Shown in pieces: positions 25,601-35,959 of a stretch of DNA of 64,000 nucleotides (its first letter is position 1; each line of letters begins with the position of its first letter). The notes beneath the pieces were generated by a model. That model ran no database searches, was not told the DNA's origin, and worked only from the letters and a program-made list of their open reading frames with translations. The DNA is from Cyanophora paradoxa CCMP329 (taxonomy: Eukaryota; Plantae; Glaucophyta): NCBI GenBank assembly GCA_004431415.1, contig QPMI01000278.1, forward strand, positions 38,581 to 102,580. The letters run 5' to 3'. Made by a program: the position numbers and the translations under genes.

Positions 25601-28600
25601 GCGCATTGTATCAGGCTGTGGAGACAACTCGGTGCAATTGTGGAATGCGGAAACGGGCAAAAAGCTGCAGCAGCTGCAGGGAAGTTTCCTTCCTGGATCC
25701 GGCTGTGCAGGCTCCGTGACAATATCGACGGTGCGTGGCAGGATTCGGATGTGGGGCATCGGGTGGTGGGGCAGCGATATCAATGCATATGGTGTCGCGC
25801 GATCGGAGGCAGCTGCACGAGAGTGCGGCCACGGGTAGCCTGGCAAGTCCCTAGAGCAAGCGAGGCGAATTAAGAGCCGTACTATGGTAACAGGCGCGGC
25901 TGACAGCAATCGTGGTGCTGCGCAGGATGGGCGGCGCGTTCTGTCGGCCAGCGCCGACAACGCTGTGCGAGCGTGGGACACAGAGACGGGTGGGGAGCTG
26001 CTGCACTTGCAGATGCACGACGGATTCACCGGTGACATTAACGTGGTACGAAGAATGTTGACCTCCGTGGCTGTATCAGAGGTCCGTAGCGCGGTGTTCT
26101 CAAGCCTGAACATGTGAGATGAGCGGAGCTAACATACAAGGCGGCGCGAAGCAGGATGGGCGGCGCATTGTGGCAGGCTCCTACGAGGCCGTCGAGAAAT
26201 CGGACTTCGACGTCGACTCTTCATTCAGCCGGCCAATTTGGGAGGACATCGGTACAGTGCGGGTGTGGAATGTGAATCCAGACGAGGAACTTCGACAGCT
26301 GCAAGGCCACAGCAGCACGGTTAGTGCCGTGGCAATTTCGACGGTGCGTGGCAGATGAATATATATATTAGAAGGACGGGGCTGCGGGGCTGAAATCTGG
26401 GGTGGGGCTGGGTAGGACGGGCGGCGCATCGTGTCGGGCAGCGGTGACAAGTCGGTGCGGGTATGGAACGCGGAGACGGGCGAGCAGCAGCAGCTGCTGC
26501 AGGGGCACGAGCAGGCTGTGGATTCCGTGGCGATTTCGTCGGTGCGCCGTCAGGGTGGGGTATATTTGCATGGAATCGACGTCGGGTTCATGGTGCTGGA
26601 TCATGGAATAGGGATGGTATTTGCAAAGATCTAGAAATGCGGGCTGTCGGGGACTTGACCAAGCTTGAGACTGCCGTGCAGACGTGCGCGGGGCAGGAAA
26701 AGCGCAGGCTGACAGCCGCCGCCGGGCTGCGCAGGACGGGCGGCGCATCGTGTCCGGCAGCAGTGACAAGTCAATCCGGATCTGGGACGCGGAGACGGGC
26801 AAGGAGCTGCTGGAGCTGCCGGGGCATAATGCCTCCGTTTGCACCGTGGCAATATCGAACGTGCGTGGCTAAAGGCGTGGCACGGAAGGACTGGGCACGC
26901 GTCACAGCGAGTATATAATACAGGACGGCGTGCCGCAGGACGGACAATACATTGTGTCCGGTGACGATGATGGTTCGGTGCGGGTGTGGGCCTTGGAGAC
27001 CGGCGCGCAGCTGCATCACCTGCAGGGGCACGGAATCCACCGCGTCAGCTCCGTGGCAATATCGGCGGTACTTTGTGGAATTGAAGGCGTTGTTATAATA
27101 TTTTAATTTGCGAAGGCGTGATTCCGGAAAGAAACTAGCTATAGTAAATTCACAGGCTTTCGTTGGTTTCATTGGGTTCGGAGGGGGCTCATGATCATGA
27201 TCATGATCAGTGGCTGTGCCATGGGCCAGAGGGGCGCGCGCGGCGAGGCTGATCATGACCCCCCCATGGCCACGCCGCATGTGCAGGATGGGCGGCGCAT
27301 TGTGTCGGGCGGCTTTGACAGGTCGGTACGGCTATGGGACGCGGAGACGGGGGAGCAGCTGGAGAGCTGGGCTCGCGATTCCCATGTACACTCCGTGGCA
27401 ATATCATCGGTGCGTGACCAAACCGGGGCGTTGGTGATAGTCATGGCATGGGGTGCGTGCAGAATTCTCGAATGGAACAGTTGAACTAGGAATTCGAGGT
27501 CTAGAGCTGCGACAAGCGATATCGATTGGGGGCCGTTGGGCCGGGCCTTGACGCGCTTTGGCGTGTCGCAGGACGGCGAGATCATTGTGTTTGGTACCGA
27601 CGGGGTGGTGTATATGTGGGTGTGGAATGCCGAGACGTTCTGCCCATGGCGCTTGAGACGAAAACTGGAGGGGCACAAAGGAGTGGTGTTCTCTGTGGCA
27701 ATATACGAGGTGCGCACGCGGAAGACGGCGCGCTGTAGTTAGACGGCGGTGCACGCGAGAAAGGCAGGACTGATGGTCGGGGCCGCGCGGCGCAGAAAAT
27801 GTGGCGCATCGTGTCGGGCGGCTCCGACCAGACTATTCGGGTGTGGGACGCAGAGACGGGCGAGCAGCTGCAGAAGCTTCAGGGAAACGGTCCGGTGGCC
27901 TCCGTGGCGATTTCGATGGTGCGCGGGCCGGGGAAGGGCGGGGCTGGCGACAGGAAGGGCATGCGCGGCAGGCCCGAGACCTAGGGAAACTGGGGCAGAA
28001 TCTCGCCCGCCAAGGCTGCACATAAGAGCTCGCGCGAGGATGTCTGGACTGACAGTGGGCCCGGGGCTGGCCATGGGCCGCACAGGATGGGCAGCGCATC
28101 GTGTCAGGACACTTCGATGTGTCGGTGCGGGTGTGGGACGCCGATCGCGAGGTGCGCAACACCTCTAGGGATATCGATGGAGCTCGGTTCCGGAACTCGA
28201 ATGGCAGATCAATTGCAAAACAACTGATCATCACCTTTCTGCGTTCATGTATCCAGGAGTTCGATGAGAAGACGGTGGAGCGCCTTCCTCCAGGTTTTGA
28301 ATATGGGGCTACAATCAAAAAGGTTCGTCATTGTATCCGGGGTCAAACGCAACGAATACGTTAAATATAATTATAATTAGCGGCTACCAGTACCGGACCA
28401 TGTTGCAATTGATATCAGATACCGCTAGCGCTGATCAACTTTGGCGCAGCCATACATAACCACGCGACGCATCCAGCGCAACGCCCAGCTTGAGGCCCGT
28501 GGCGCGTGGCTGCTCTCTAACGATGTCGAAAAGGCAGAGGAACGCATTCGCGAGGCCGTGGCCAAGCACGCCCAGGTGAGTCGCGGCACCTGTGCGGTCG

Positions 28601-28788
28601 CGCGGTGCCCGCCGTGTTGGTACTGCCCGCCAACGCTCGCGTTTGCGCTGCGCATGCAGCATGCGCAGATAAAGACGAAGTCGGCTTTGGATGGGCTGAT
28701 CATGTGGCGGCTGCTACCGCAGCTCGGCGTCGTGATCGGGCACCTCTCCACCGCATGCCCTTCTAAACCCCCTGGCCCCCCACTATGA
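16601..28788 (+). CDS. NLR-like STAND protein: myristoylation motif - helical/ARM-like region - TIR - SAM - SAM - NACHT-like ATPase - pentapeptide repeat - 14 WD40
   Basis: [11 protein letters not shown]: RVFFCH..ACW|[14 protein letters not shown]|[25 protein letters not shown] (~20120-20720). SAMs: [11 protein letters not shown]|[25 protein letters not shown] and [11 protein letters not shown]|[25 protein letters not shown] (~20840-21460). NACHT-like: [60 protein letters not shown] then [14 protein letters not shown] pentapeptides, then WD40 exons. Joining of the 16601-19485 part is inferred. Confidence 0.85.
17584..17650 (+). repeat. Coding 12-bp tandem repeat (SAGP)n
   Basis: ccctccgccggc, about 5 copies with the last ones degenerate. 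Confidence 0.85.
24406..28151 (+). repeat. Array of single-repeat WD40 exons, all phase 0
   Basis: Exons 24406-24540, 24701-24826, 25020-25151, 25282-25410, 25593-25730, 25926-26081, 26155-26343, 26416-26541, 26735-26860, 26939-27067, 27287-27409, 27572-27709, 27796-27918 and a half exon 28086-28151. Consensus ag|[19 protein letters not shown].|gt; every length is a multiple of 3. Confidence 0.95.
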
Positions 28789-29148
28789 GCGCTAGCTCTC
28801 TTAGCGCTAGCTCTCCTCTGAGCAGTACTAGCGCTAGCTCTCCTTAGAGCAGTACTAGTGCCTCCAAAAAAGCGAAGCCTCCAAAACTCCAGGTATCGTG
28901 CTGATCATGATTGGAAGCTCAAGGTCTAGGGCGGTAAATTAAAGCTGAAGGCACAAATTCAAGTCGTTTCCTTCGTTCGCCCCGCCGTGGCCTCGAACTC
29001 CTCCGCCTAGCTGAGTCATCATGGCATAATTAGCCTCGGGAAAAAAATGAAGGGGTGTGCGGAATCAGGCTGAAACAGGAGAACAGGACACATATGTATA
29101 CCCGGCCCGCACGCGGAGACTATACTACAGCCCGCATTTCTAGATCTT

Positions 29149-29150
<2 letters not shown>

Positions 29151-29203
<53 letters not shown>

Positions 29204-29217
29204 GTATATATATATAG
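29151..29217. repeat. (TA)n microsatellite
   Basis: Directly visible. Confidence 0.98.
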
Positions 29218-29597
29218 CGGCGGAGTCCGCAGCGTTGCAATTGCGGCGCCGGCGGCGAAAATTAAAGCACAGCGCTATAGCTAGCATATACATGCGCATG
29301 CGCATGCGCAGTCTTGCGCGCCCGGCCCTAGCTTGCAGCCTGGTCCATTAATATTACGTGTACGTATATACTAATTATATATATTTTTTTTTTTGGTGAA
29401 TTACCGGCCACAGTCTCTAGACACCAGCACTGCGGGGGCTGCCCAGGGGGCATAGAGACAAAATAGCAAAATAACTAAGACAAGAGCACGAAGAAAGATA
29501 AGACAAAGAGCCAAAATCGACAATAAAAAAGGAAAGACACAGAGCTCGAGACAGATCGATTGCGAGAAGAGACGATAAATCGAGCAGATCTAGGGAC

Positions 29598-29663
29598 AGA
29601 GGATAACTGACACGAAGAAGAGCCAGAGCTAGAGGATAACTGACACGAAGAAGAGCCAGAGCT
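29598..29663. repeat. 33-bp tandem duplication in the LINE 3' region
   Basis: agaggataactgacacgaagaagagccagagct x2. Confidence 0.9.
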
Positions 29664-30892
29664 AGAGATACCATCAATATCAGAAGGAATTACATCACTA
29701 AGAAGCGGGGACAAAATTGAGAAAGATAAATAACAGGAAGAAGACAAGTAAGAGGAACAACAAGACGACATGGAGGCGGAGGCGAAGCAGGACGATGCGA
29801 AAGGGCAGAGCTACGGCACGAGGTCGAGGAGGACACAGGAGGCGGAGCAGGCGGATCAAGAGCAGGCAAAAGAACAGTCAAAGGAATCACTAAAGCCGGC
29901 CGGGGTCGAGGCGGGCAATCGAACTGCAAACGACGGCGAACAACAGGTCGAGCACGAGGACTATAGCTAGTATTGAAACTAACTCTAGCATCAACACTAC
30001 GATCAGAATCCGAACCAGACCGAACTAAACTAGAAGACGAAGAAGTACGCCGGCGCCGGCGGGATACGATCGCGACCAGCGAAGCAGAAGACAAGGACAA
30101 AGGCGGTAGTCCGGTATCAAGAACAAAGGCCGGAGGGTCCGGCCCGGCAAACCGCCGGGGGGAAGTAGAAGGAGCCGCAGGCTCGGCAAGCCGGCGACGG
30201 GTACGACCACGAGTCCGGAAGGAGATCGGGGAAGCCGGTCCCGGAGCTGAGGGCCCAGGAGCAGAGCCAGGAGAAGGTAAGCCCGGCGAGAAATCTGACC
30301 CGGAGCCGGAACCCAGCGAACGACGACGACGAAGAGGCCCCCGAGGAGCCACGACGGGGGAGCTACCGAGCAAAGTACTGACAGCCGGCGCCGAACACGG
30401 CGGCGGAGGTACCCCGCAGACAGTGGCAGGCGGAGAGTCCAGGGTCGATCGAGAGATCCGCCGACGGGAATGCGGCGGGGGCCGACGAGACGGAAGAGGC
30501 GAGGAGGGGCCGAGGAAGGGTCGGAGGCAGGGGAAGGGCCACGAGCAGGTGACGGGGATCGCTGCCGGCGCCGAAGAGAGGGCAGCAAAGCAGGAGAAAG
30601 GTCGGGTGGCGCCGGAGCAGATGACACGGAGGTCATGGCCATGGGCGGTGCAGAGAGAGACGAGCTCGAGGGCGCAAGGGCCCGACGAGGGCGCCGGCGG
30701 CGAATCTCACGAGCGCCAGGAAGCGGGATAGGACCCGCAGATGGGACCCGAGGCGCCGAAGGGGGAGCAGGGAGCCGGAATGACGGGGAGATCGAAAAGA
30801 GGACAGTCTCGCCAACACTCGGAAGCGGGGCAGAGGCCGAGGACCCGGAGCTCGAGGGGGGGAGGGAGGGCGGAGGAGGAGAGAGGAGGCGG

Positions 30893-33420
30893 CTATTCGA
30901 AGGGTATGGAGAATCGAGAGCGGAGGCGAGGGAGGCCGAAGTGATGGCGAGCTCTGGAGGCGAGGGGGCCTGCAAGCGGATCCGGGAAAGTGGATGCAGA
31001 CGCAAAGAGACCGGGGACGTAGAGGCGGGAGGGGCATGCAAAAAGATAGTGCCGCCCAGCGTCACAGTTGCAGAAGCGGGGCAAGAAGGATGGGCTGAAG
31101 AGGGGGCTGAACCAGGAGGACGTCAGAAAGAGGGCCTCGCAGGGGCGGAAGTGGAGGAGCAAGGGGAAGAGGTAAGAAGGGGTATGGAGCTGCAAGATGA
31201 CCAGGGACCTGCCGGGGAACAGGCAAGTGAAGAGGCCCCGTGACAGCAAGTTGTAAGGAGGGAGGAGGCAGAGGCGGGGCCAGAGGGCCAAGGAGCACAG
31301 GGATCGGGACCGCAGGGAATGGGGGAAAGGAGCGTCGAGAGGGGCAGCGAGAGCAGGAATAGGAATGGGCCCAAGGGTCACTACAGGGGCCAGAGCAGGA
31401 GGGGACGGCGCAGGAGGCGGGCGACCACCAGGGATCCCCAACGGGACATTCCCACGAACGGCAAACTCCGCAGGATTCCGGAGGACAGAATCGATGTCAC
31501 GCGAAGAGACGAGGTTGTCAGCACCGCCCGAAGAAGGAGCGCCGGACGAGTCAGAATCAGAGCTTGAACTAGAACGATGAGAACCGGTACCAGACTCTGA
31601 ATCATGTGCGTCATCATCCGAGGCAGCCTGATCATCAGCGTCAGCAGCAGCCAAGCGAGCGCGCCGCTCCTCCAACAAGGCCGAAGCCTGCGAAAGGGTG
31701 AACTCGAGGTACGACATATTTCTGTCCCAGGCGGCAACAAGCGCGGCGCGGTTGTAAGAAGGCGCATCAATGTCAGCCTCCTCAAGATCGCACCGAGCGC
31801 GAGCAACCTGTTGGATGGAAAATACGCCAGCAAGGATCGCTCCAAGTGAGCGAAGGCAGAAGGCGGGGTTAACTTTACTGCGCAAAATGGGCCCAGATAA
31901 ATCCGGAACCGAGAGGATGTGGAAGAGAGAGAGCTCAGGCACTGCGACCTCTTCACGCTCATCCGGTGGAAGAGTAGAAGCCCAGAAATTCAGGCGCTCA
32001 CGAATGAAATCCCAGAACGAACGAGAAAGCGGGCACTCAGAGAAAACGTGCGCGTGAGAGCGAGCAGATCCGTCATTACAAACCCGACAGAAACGACGGC
32101 GGGGCGACTGTTGCTCGCCCAAACGATACAATTTGAAATGCAAACGGTAAAGAGCATCGATCCAAAGCATCGGGAAACACTGAAGGACGACAAGATTAGG
32201 AAGACGGGACGGAGACAAGGCGCCGGGAAACCCCCACTTAGCATCGGGCATCTGAGCGTGGCTAGACACATCGCGAAGCCGCTGGACCTCAAGGCAGTAG
32301 AAGCGACGAACAGAGGAGAGGCGGAGAGGGAGCATACGAGCGAAAGTGAACGCAAGATTATCAAGAGAAAGAAAGGCCGAAGGGCCTGCGCCAAGAACAA
32401 AAAGGCCAGGCAGGGTCCCGCGACGAAGAGAGAGGAAGACAGCGCTGAAGCAAACATGCAGCGGGAGCAAACGGGACAGAATTGAATTGGAGCTCGAGGA
32501 TAGGCCCACAGGGTGGGAAGCCGCAGGGCGGCAAGGAACGCGCGGTATGTAGTCCAGCACCCGTGGAATTATCTGGTTATCGCGAACAGGGAAGGCAACA
32601 AAAGTACCACTTGGGCCTCGAAGGAGAGCAAACGAGGCGTCCGGTCCGGACCACCAGAGATGCTGAGGCGGCGATGCAGGGCCTCGAGAACCTGGCGCCA
32701 AGTAGCCGGGAGCGCAGAACACAGACTAGGGAAAAAGGAGTGGAGGGCGGAGGAGGCAGCTGCTGGAGCCCGGAACCCCGGGCAGCACAATCCCAGATAT
32801 CGCAGACCCGCAGCAAGCCGGACCGTGCACAGCGACTCCAGTCGACCTCGTCGCCGGGAGTACTGAACAGAGGATTGAAGAAAAGAGGTTGGGATAACAC
32901 TTCGGGAGAGTTACGAGGTTGACACACGCCCTGGCGCTGAGCCCACTCGGAGAGAGTCCGCTTCCAAATAGGAGGCAAGTCAAGTCTGTCAAGTGGGAGG
33001 CGGAGCGAGACAAGGGCGGGGCCATAGGAAAAAGGTGCCAGCTGAGCGTCCAGTTTGCTCAAGAGGTACTCCTTCCAAGGAGCTGAACAAGAGGGGTCAG
33101 CGAGCAAGGCCACCCACTTCATTTTCAGCGATAACGAAAAAGCTCGAATATCCGGGCAGTTGAGACCACCTTGACGCCACGGCAGAGGAGAAATATACTT
33201 CGAAAGCTGCCCGCTCACGCCAGCAAAAGCGCGAAGCTTCTCTTGCCATGTCGAATACTGAGCATCAGGGGGGTCAAGCAAATATAGAGCATAATGTAGG
33301 GACCCAATAAATACAGCCCAGGCAAGGAGAACGCCGGAACGCATCGGCATGCGATAAGTCTTCGCTTGCTGGACACGGATATCAAGAGCAGCGGTCTTTT
33401 TCCGCCAGAACCGAGACAGA
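30893..33420 (-). pseudogene. Frameshifted C-terminal half of the LINE ORF2 (no RT core)
   Basis: Three frames must be joined (shifts near 32775 and 32685): ..DIWDCAARG/FRAP..LPATWRQVL/..WWSGPD..zf-RVT. Confidence 0.8.
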
Positions 33421-34023
33421 TCGGGCTCTAGTAATTATACAGATCGGGCTCTACTAATTATATATAAGTTAAGTACTAGTTAACGTTATAATTATGTACG
33501 TATACTTGCCGCGCCCGGCGGCCTTAAGCTTGCCGCGGCGCGCGCGCCCTCCAGCTCGGCTCTCATTCGAATTCCGTGTAAGTATCGCTCTCATGATCAT
33601 GCAGCACGCGGCTGCGAGCGGGGTCCGGATCCGGGACTCCGGGCGGGAAGCTTAAGGGAAATATATTAATAGGCTTACGTATACAGGGCCCCGGGCGACG
33701 GCTGAACGTGGCAAATCCGGAGATCCTCTATAGCTAGATCTAGATCAAGACTCTGAGAGCAGGGAAGGGAGGGAATCCGAATGAACCTCTGCAACAACAA
33801 TGAATCCGAATGAACCTCCGCAGCACAGACTGCGCGATGCTCGATGCTTCCGCATGCGCCCCAACACGCTATATGGCACAGAAAGCGCTGAACTGCTGAA
33901 CTGCTGGTGAATTGAAGTGCCTGACAGTTACTCGAGCCGAGCTGTTATCTCTATGGGTGGATGAACCTTGGTGAAACGAGCTAGAGGTGGGCGCCCCTGG
34001 GGGAGGGGGCGGGGGGGCCGTCC

Positions 34024-35597
34024 TCAGCCGGAGGACTCGTCCATCTTGGCCTCCTCCTTCTCCTCCTTCTCCTCCTTTGCCTTCCCCTCGTCCGGGTTGT
34101 AGCGCTCCGAAGTCTTCACGCCCGGCGCCTGCGCGGCCGCCGTTAGAGAAAAAGAGGTGCAGGCGCGGGGCGAGGGGGGCCGGGGGCGCGCCGAGGGCCG
34201 CGGCGTCATCTCCTTGCCCTCGTCGTCGCTCTCCTCGTCCTTCTTCTCCTCGCCCTCGCCCTGCGCCGCCGGCCGTCAGCCGCTGCCGCGGGGGGCGGGG
34301 GCGGGCGCCGCGCCTTGTCGCCCTCGGGGGCCTCCCCCTTCTCCGCCTTCTCCTCCTCGCCCTCCTCCTCGTCGTCCTCCCCGCGCCGCCGCCGCCGCCG
34401 CCGGTCGTCGTCCGCGCTCGTGTCCATCGGCGCCGGGCCCGCCTCCTTGCTGCTCTCGGGCAGGCCGGCCTCCTTCTCGAGCTGCGCCACGCGCTTCGCG
34501 ATGGCCTCCTCCATCGGGCCGAACTCCGGCTTCTCCAGCGGCTGGATCGTGCTCGCCAGCGCCTCAGGCACCACCTTCGGCATGAAGTAGATCGCCGGCT
34601 GCGCCTGCGTGCGCAGGAAGAAGCTGCAGGCGCGCATCGATCAGCGGCGAGGCGAGAGCCACCGCAGTTCGCAAAATGAACCTCAAGTGGTAGCGCTGAC
34701 GTGCGCTCCTTCTCAGCTGGCGCCACTCCGTCAGATGGACGGAACCACGGAAGGGGCACGGGTGGCGAACCAGAATCTCGGCAGTGCGGGCCTCGCCCTG
34801 GCGACGACCCGCCTCGCGGCGTACGCGCATGGTCTCCTCCCTCTCGGCGCGACGCTTCTTCGCCTCCTCGATCGCCTTGTTCCGCTCAGTCTCCTCCTTC
34901 TCGACGATCTCCTTCCACTTCGAGTCCTGCTTCTGCTTCGCATCGCTCTTCTCGAACTTGCTCCAGTCCTTTTTGAACGACTGCAGCGTCCCCACGAGCA
35001 CGTTCATCATCTGACGGTTGCGCTTCTTCACGGCCGGAGCGTCAACGCCCATCGCCTCGACCGCCTTCGCGCGGTCCGCGGCGCTCGTTGGCGAGTTGAG
35101 CGGCAGCGGTGCCGCGGGACCTCCGTGAACGACAATCGCCGACTGCATCCGCTGCTGCGGTGCGCGTCAGCACCAATCGACACAGGCTGGCTTCTGGAAA
35201 ACCGGACTGACCCGAACGCCGGCCTCAGGCGGGGGAGCGGGCGTGCCTGTGCAAACGAAAGGTGAGCAAATGAACGCGAGGGGGAAGCAAGGAGTGCCAA
35301 GGACAGGCCGCACCGATCGAAGACTTCATCTGCTTCGAGGGGCGTTCCTCGTCGCCGTCGCGCCGTTCGTCACGAGCGGGCGATGAACGGCGCGGTGATC
35401 TATCGCGATCCCGTCCGCTGTCTCGCCTCGGCGAGGAGCGCCTCGCGGGGCTCCGGCTTCTCCTCGCAGGGCTCCGGCTTCTCCTCCGGTCGTCGCGACT
35501 GCGCACACGACGCGATACCCACATTAGCACGGTTGGAGCAATCGAACGCAGGCCGGGGGCACAGGAAACCACGCGGGTTCGCTGGCGATGGCCTCAT
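34024..35597 (-). CDS. PNN: Pinin/SDK/memA-domain splicing-associated protein with an N-terminal RS region
   Basis: KKRNRQMMNVLVGTLQSFKKD and FLRTQAQPAIYFMPK match the pinin domain; RSRSP repeats at the N-terminus. Confidence 0.85.
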
Positions 35598-35959
35598 CGT
35601 GGCGGGCTAAGAAATCGCTCGAAGCGCACGAGACGTGTGGCTGTTAACGCACCCGCTCATTTTCTAGGCTGCGGGGGCTTCTCTTGGGAAGAAGTGCGTC
35701 CCCCGAGAAGAAGTGCCTTCACTGGGATTCGAACACGCAAAGTGCTGATCAAATTCTTCTACGCCGCTCCCTCGCTGTCCTGCCCCTCCCCGCCGCTTTC
35801 TAGTCACAAGGCGCATCTAGCGTACCGGTCTGACGCATTAACGGAGCGCCGGCGAGTCGGAGCCGCGTTCGAGACCTGGGAGTCCAACCGAAGCCCCGCG
35901 AGCGGCATGTGTGCCTATAGCTAGCGCTCCGGCGGAGTTGGCCGCACCCGTGAGCGCCA

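Larger units (their letters stand above)
29384..33451 (-). mobile_element. 5'-truncated L1/Tx1-like LINE with poly(A) tail and 15-bp target-site duplication
   Basis: Post-RT motif LPWRQGGLNCPDI..LKMKW and zf-RVT CRVC..SHAHVFSECP..FW. A11 tail (T11 at 29384-29394 on +). TSD tactaattatatata at 29369-29383 and 33452-33466. Confidence 0.92.

Noticed and set aside
24406-28151. CRISPR-like repeat/spacer pattern
   Set aside because: The repeats are 120-190 nt coding WD40 exons with GT-AG boundaries; no cas genes; eukaryotic context.
36-28151. Diversity-generating retroelement (RT plus variable repeats)
   Set aside because: The RT is a LINE type, and WD40 differences are not adenine-specific and include indels.
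29019-29351. ORFs with YIYIYI runs
   Set aside because: Translations of a (TA)n microsatellite.
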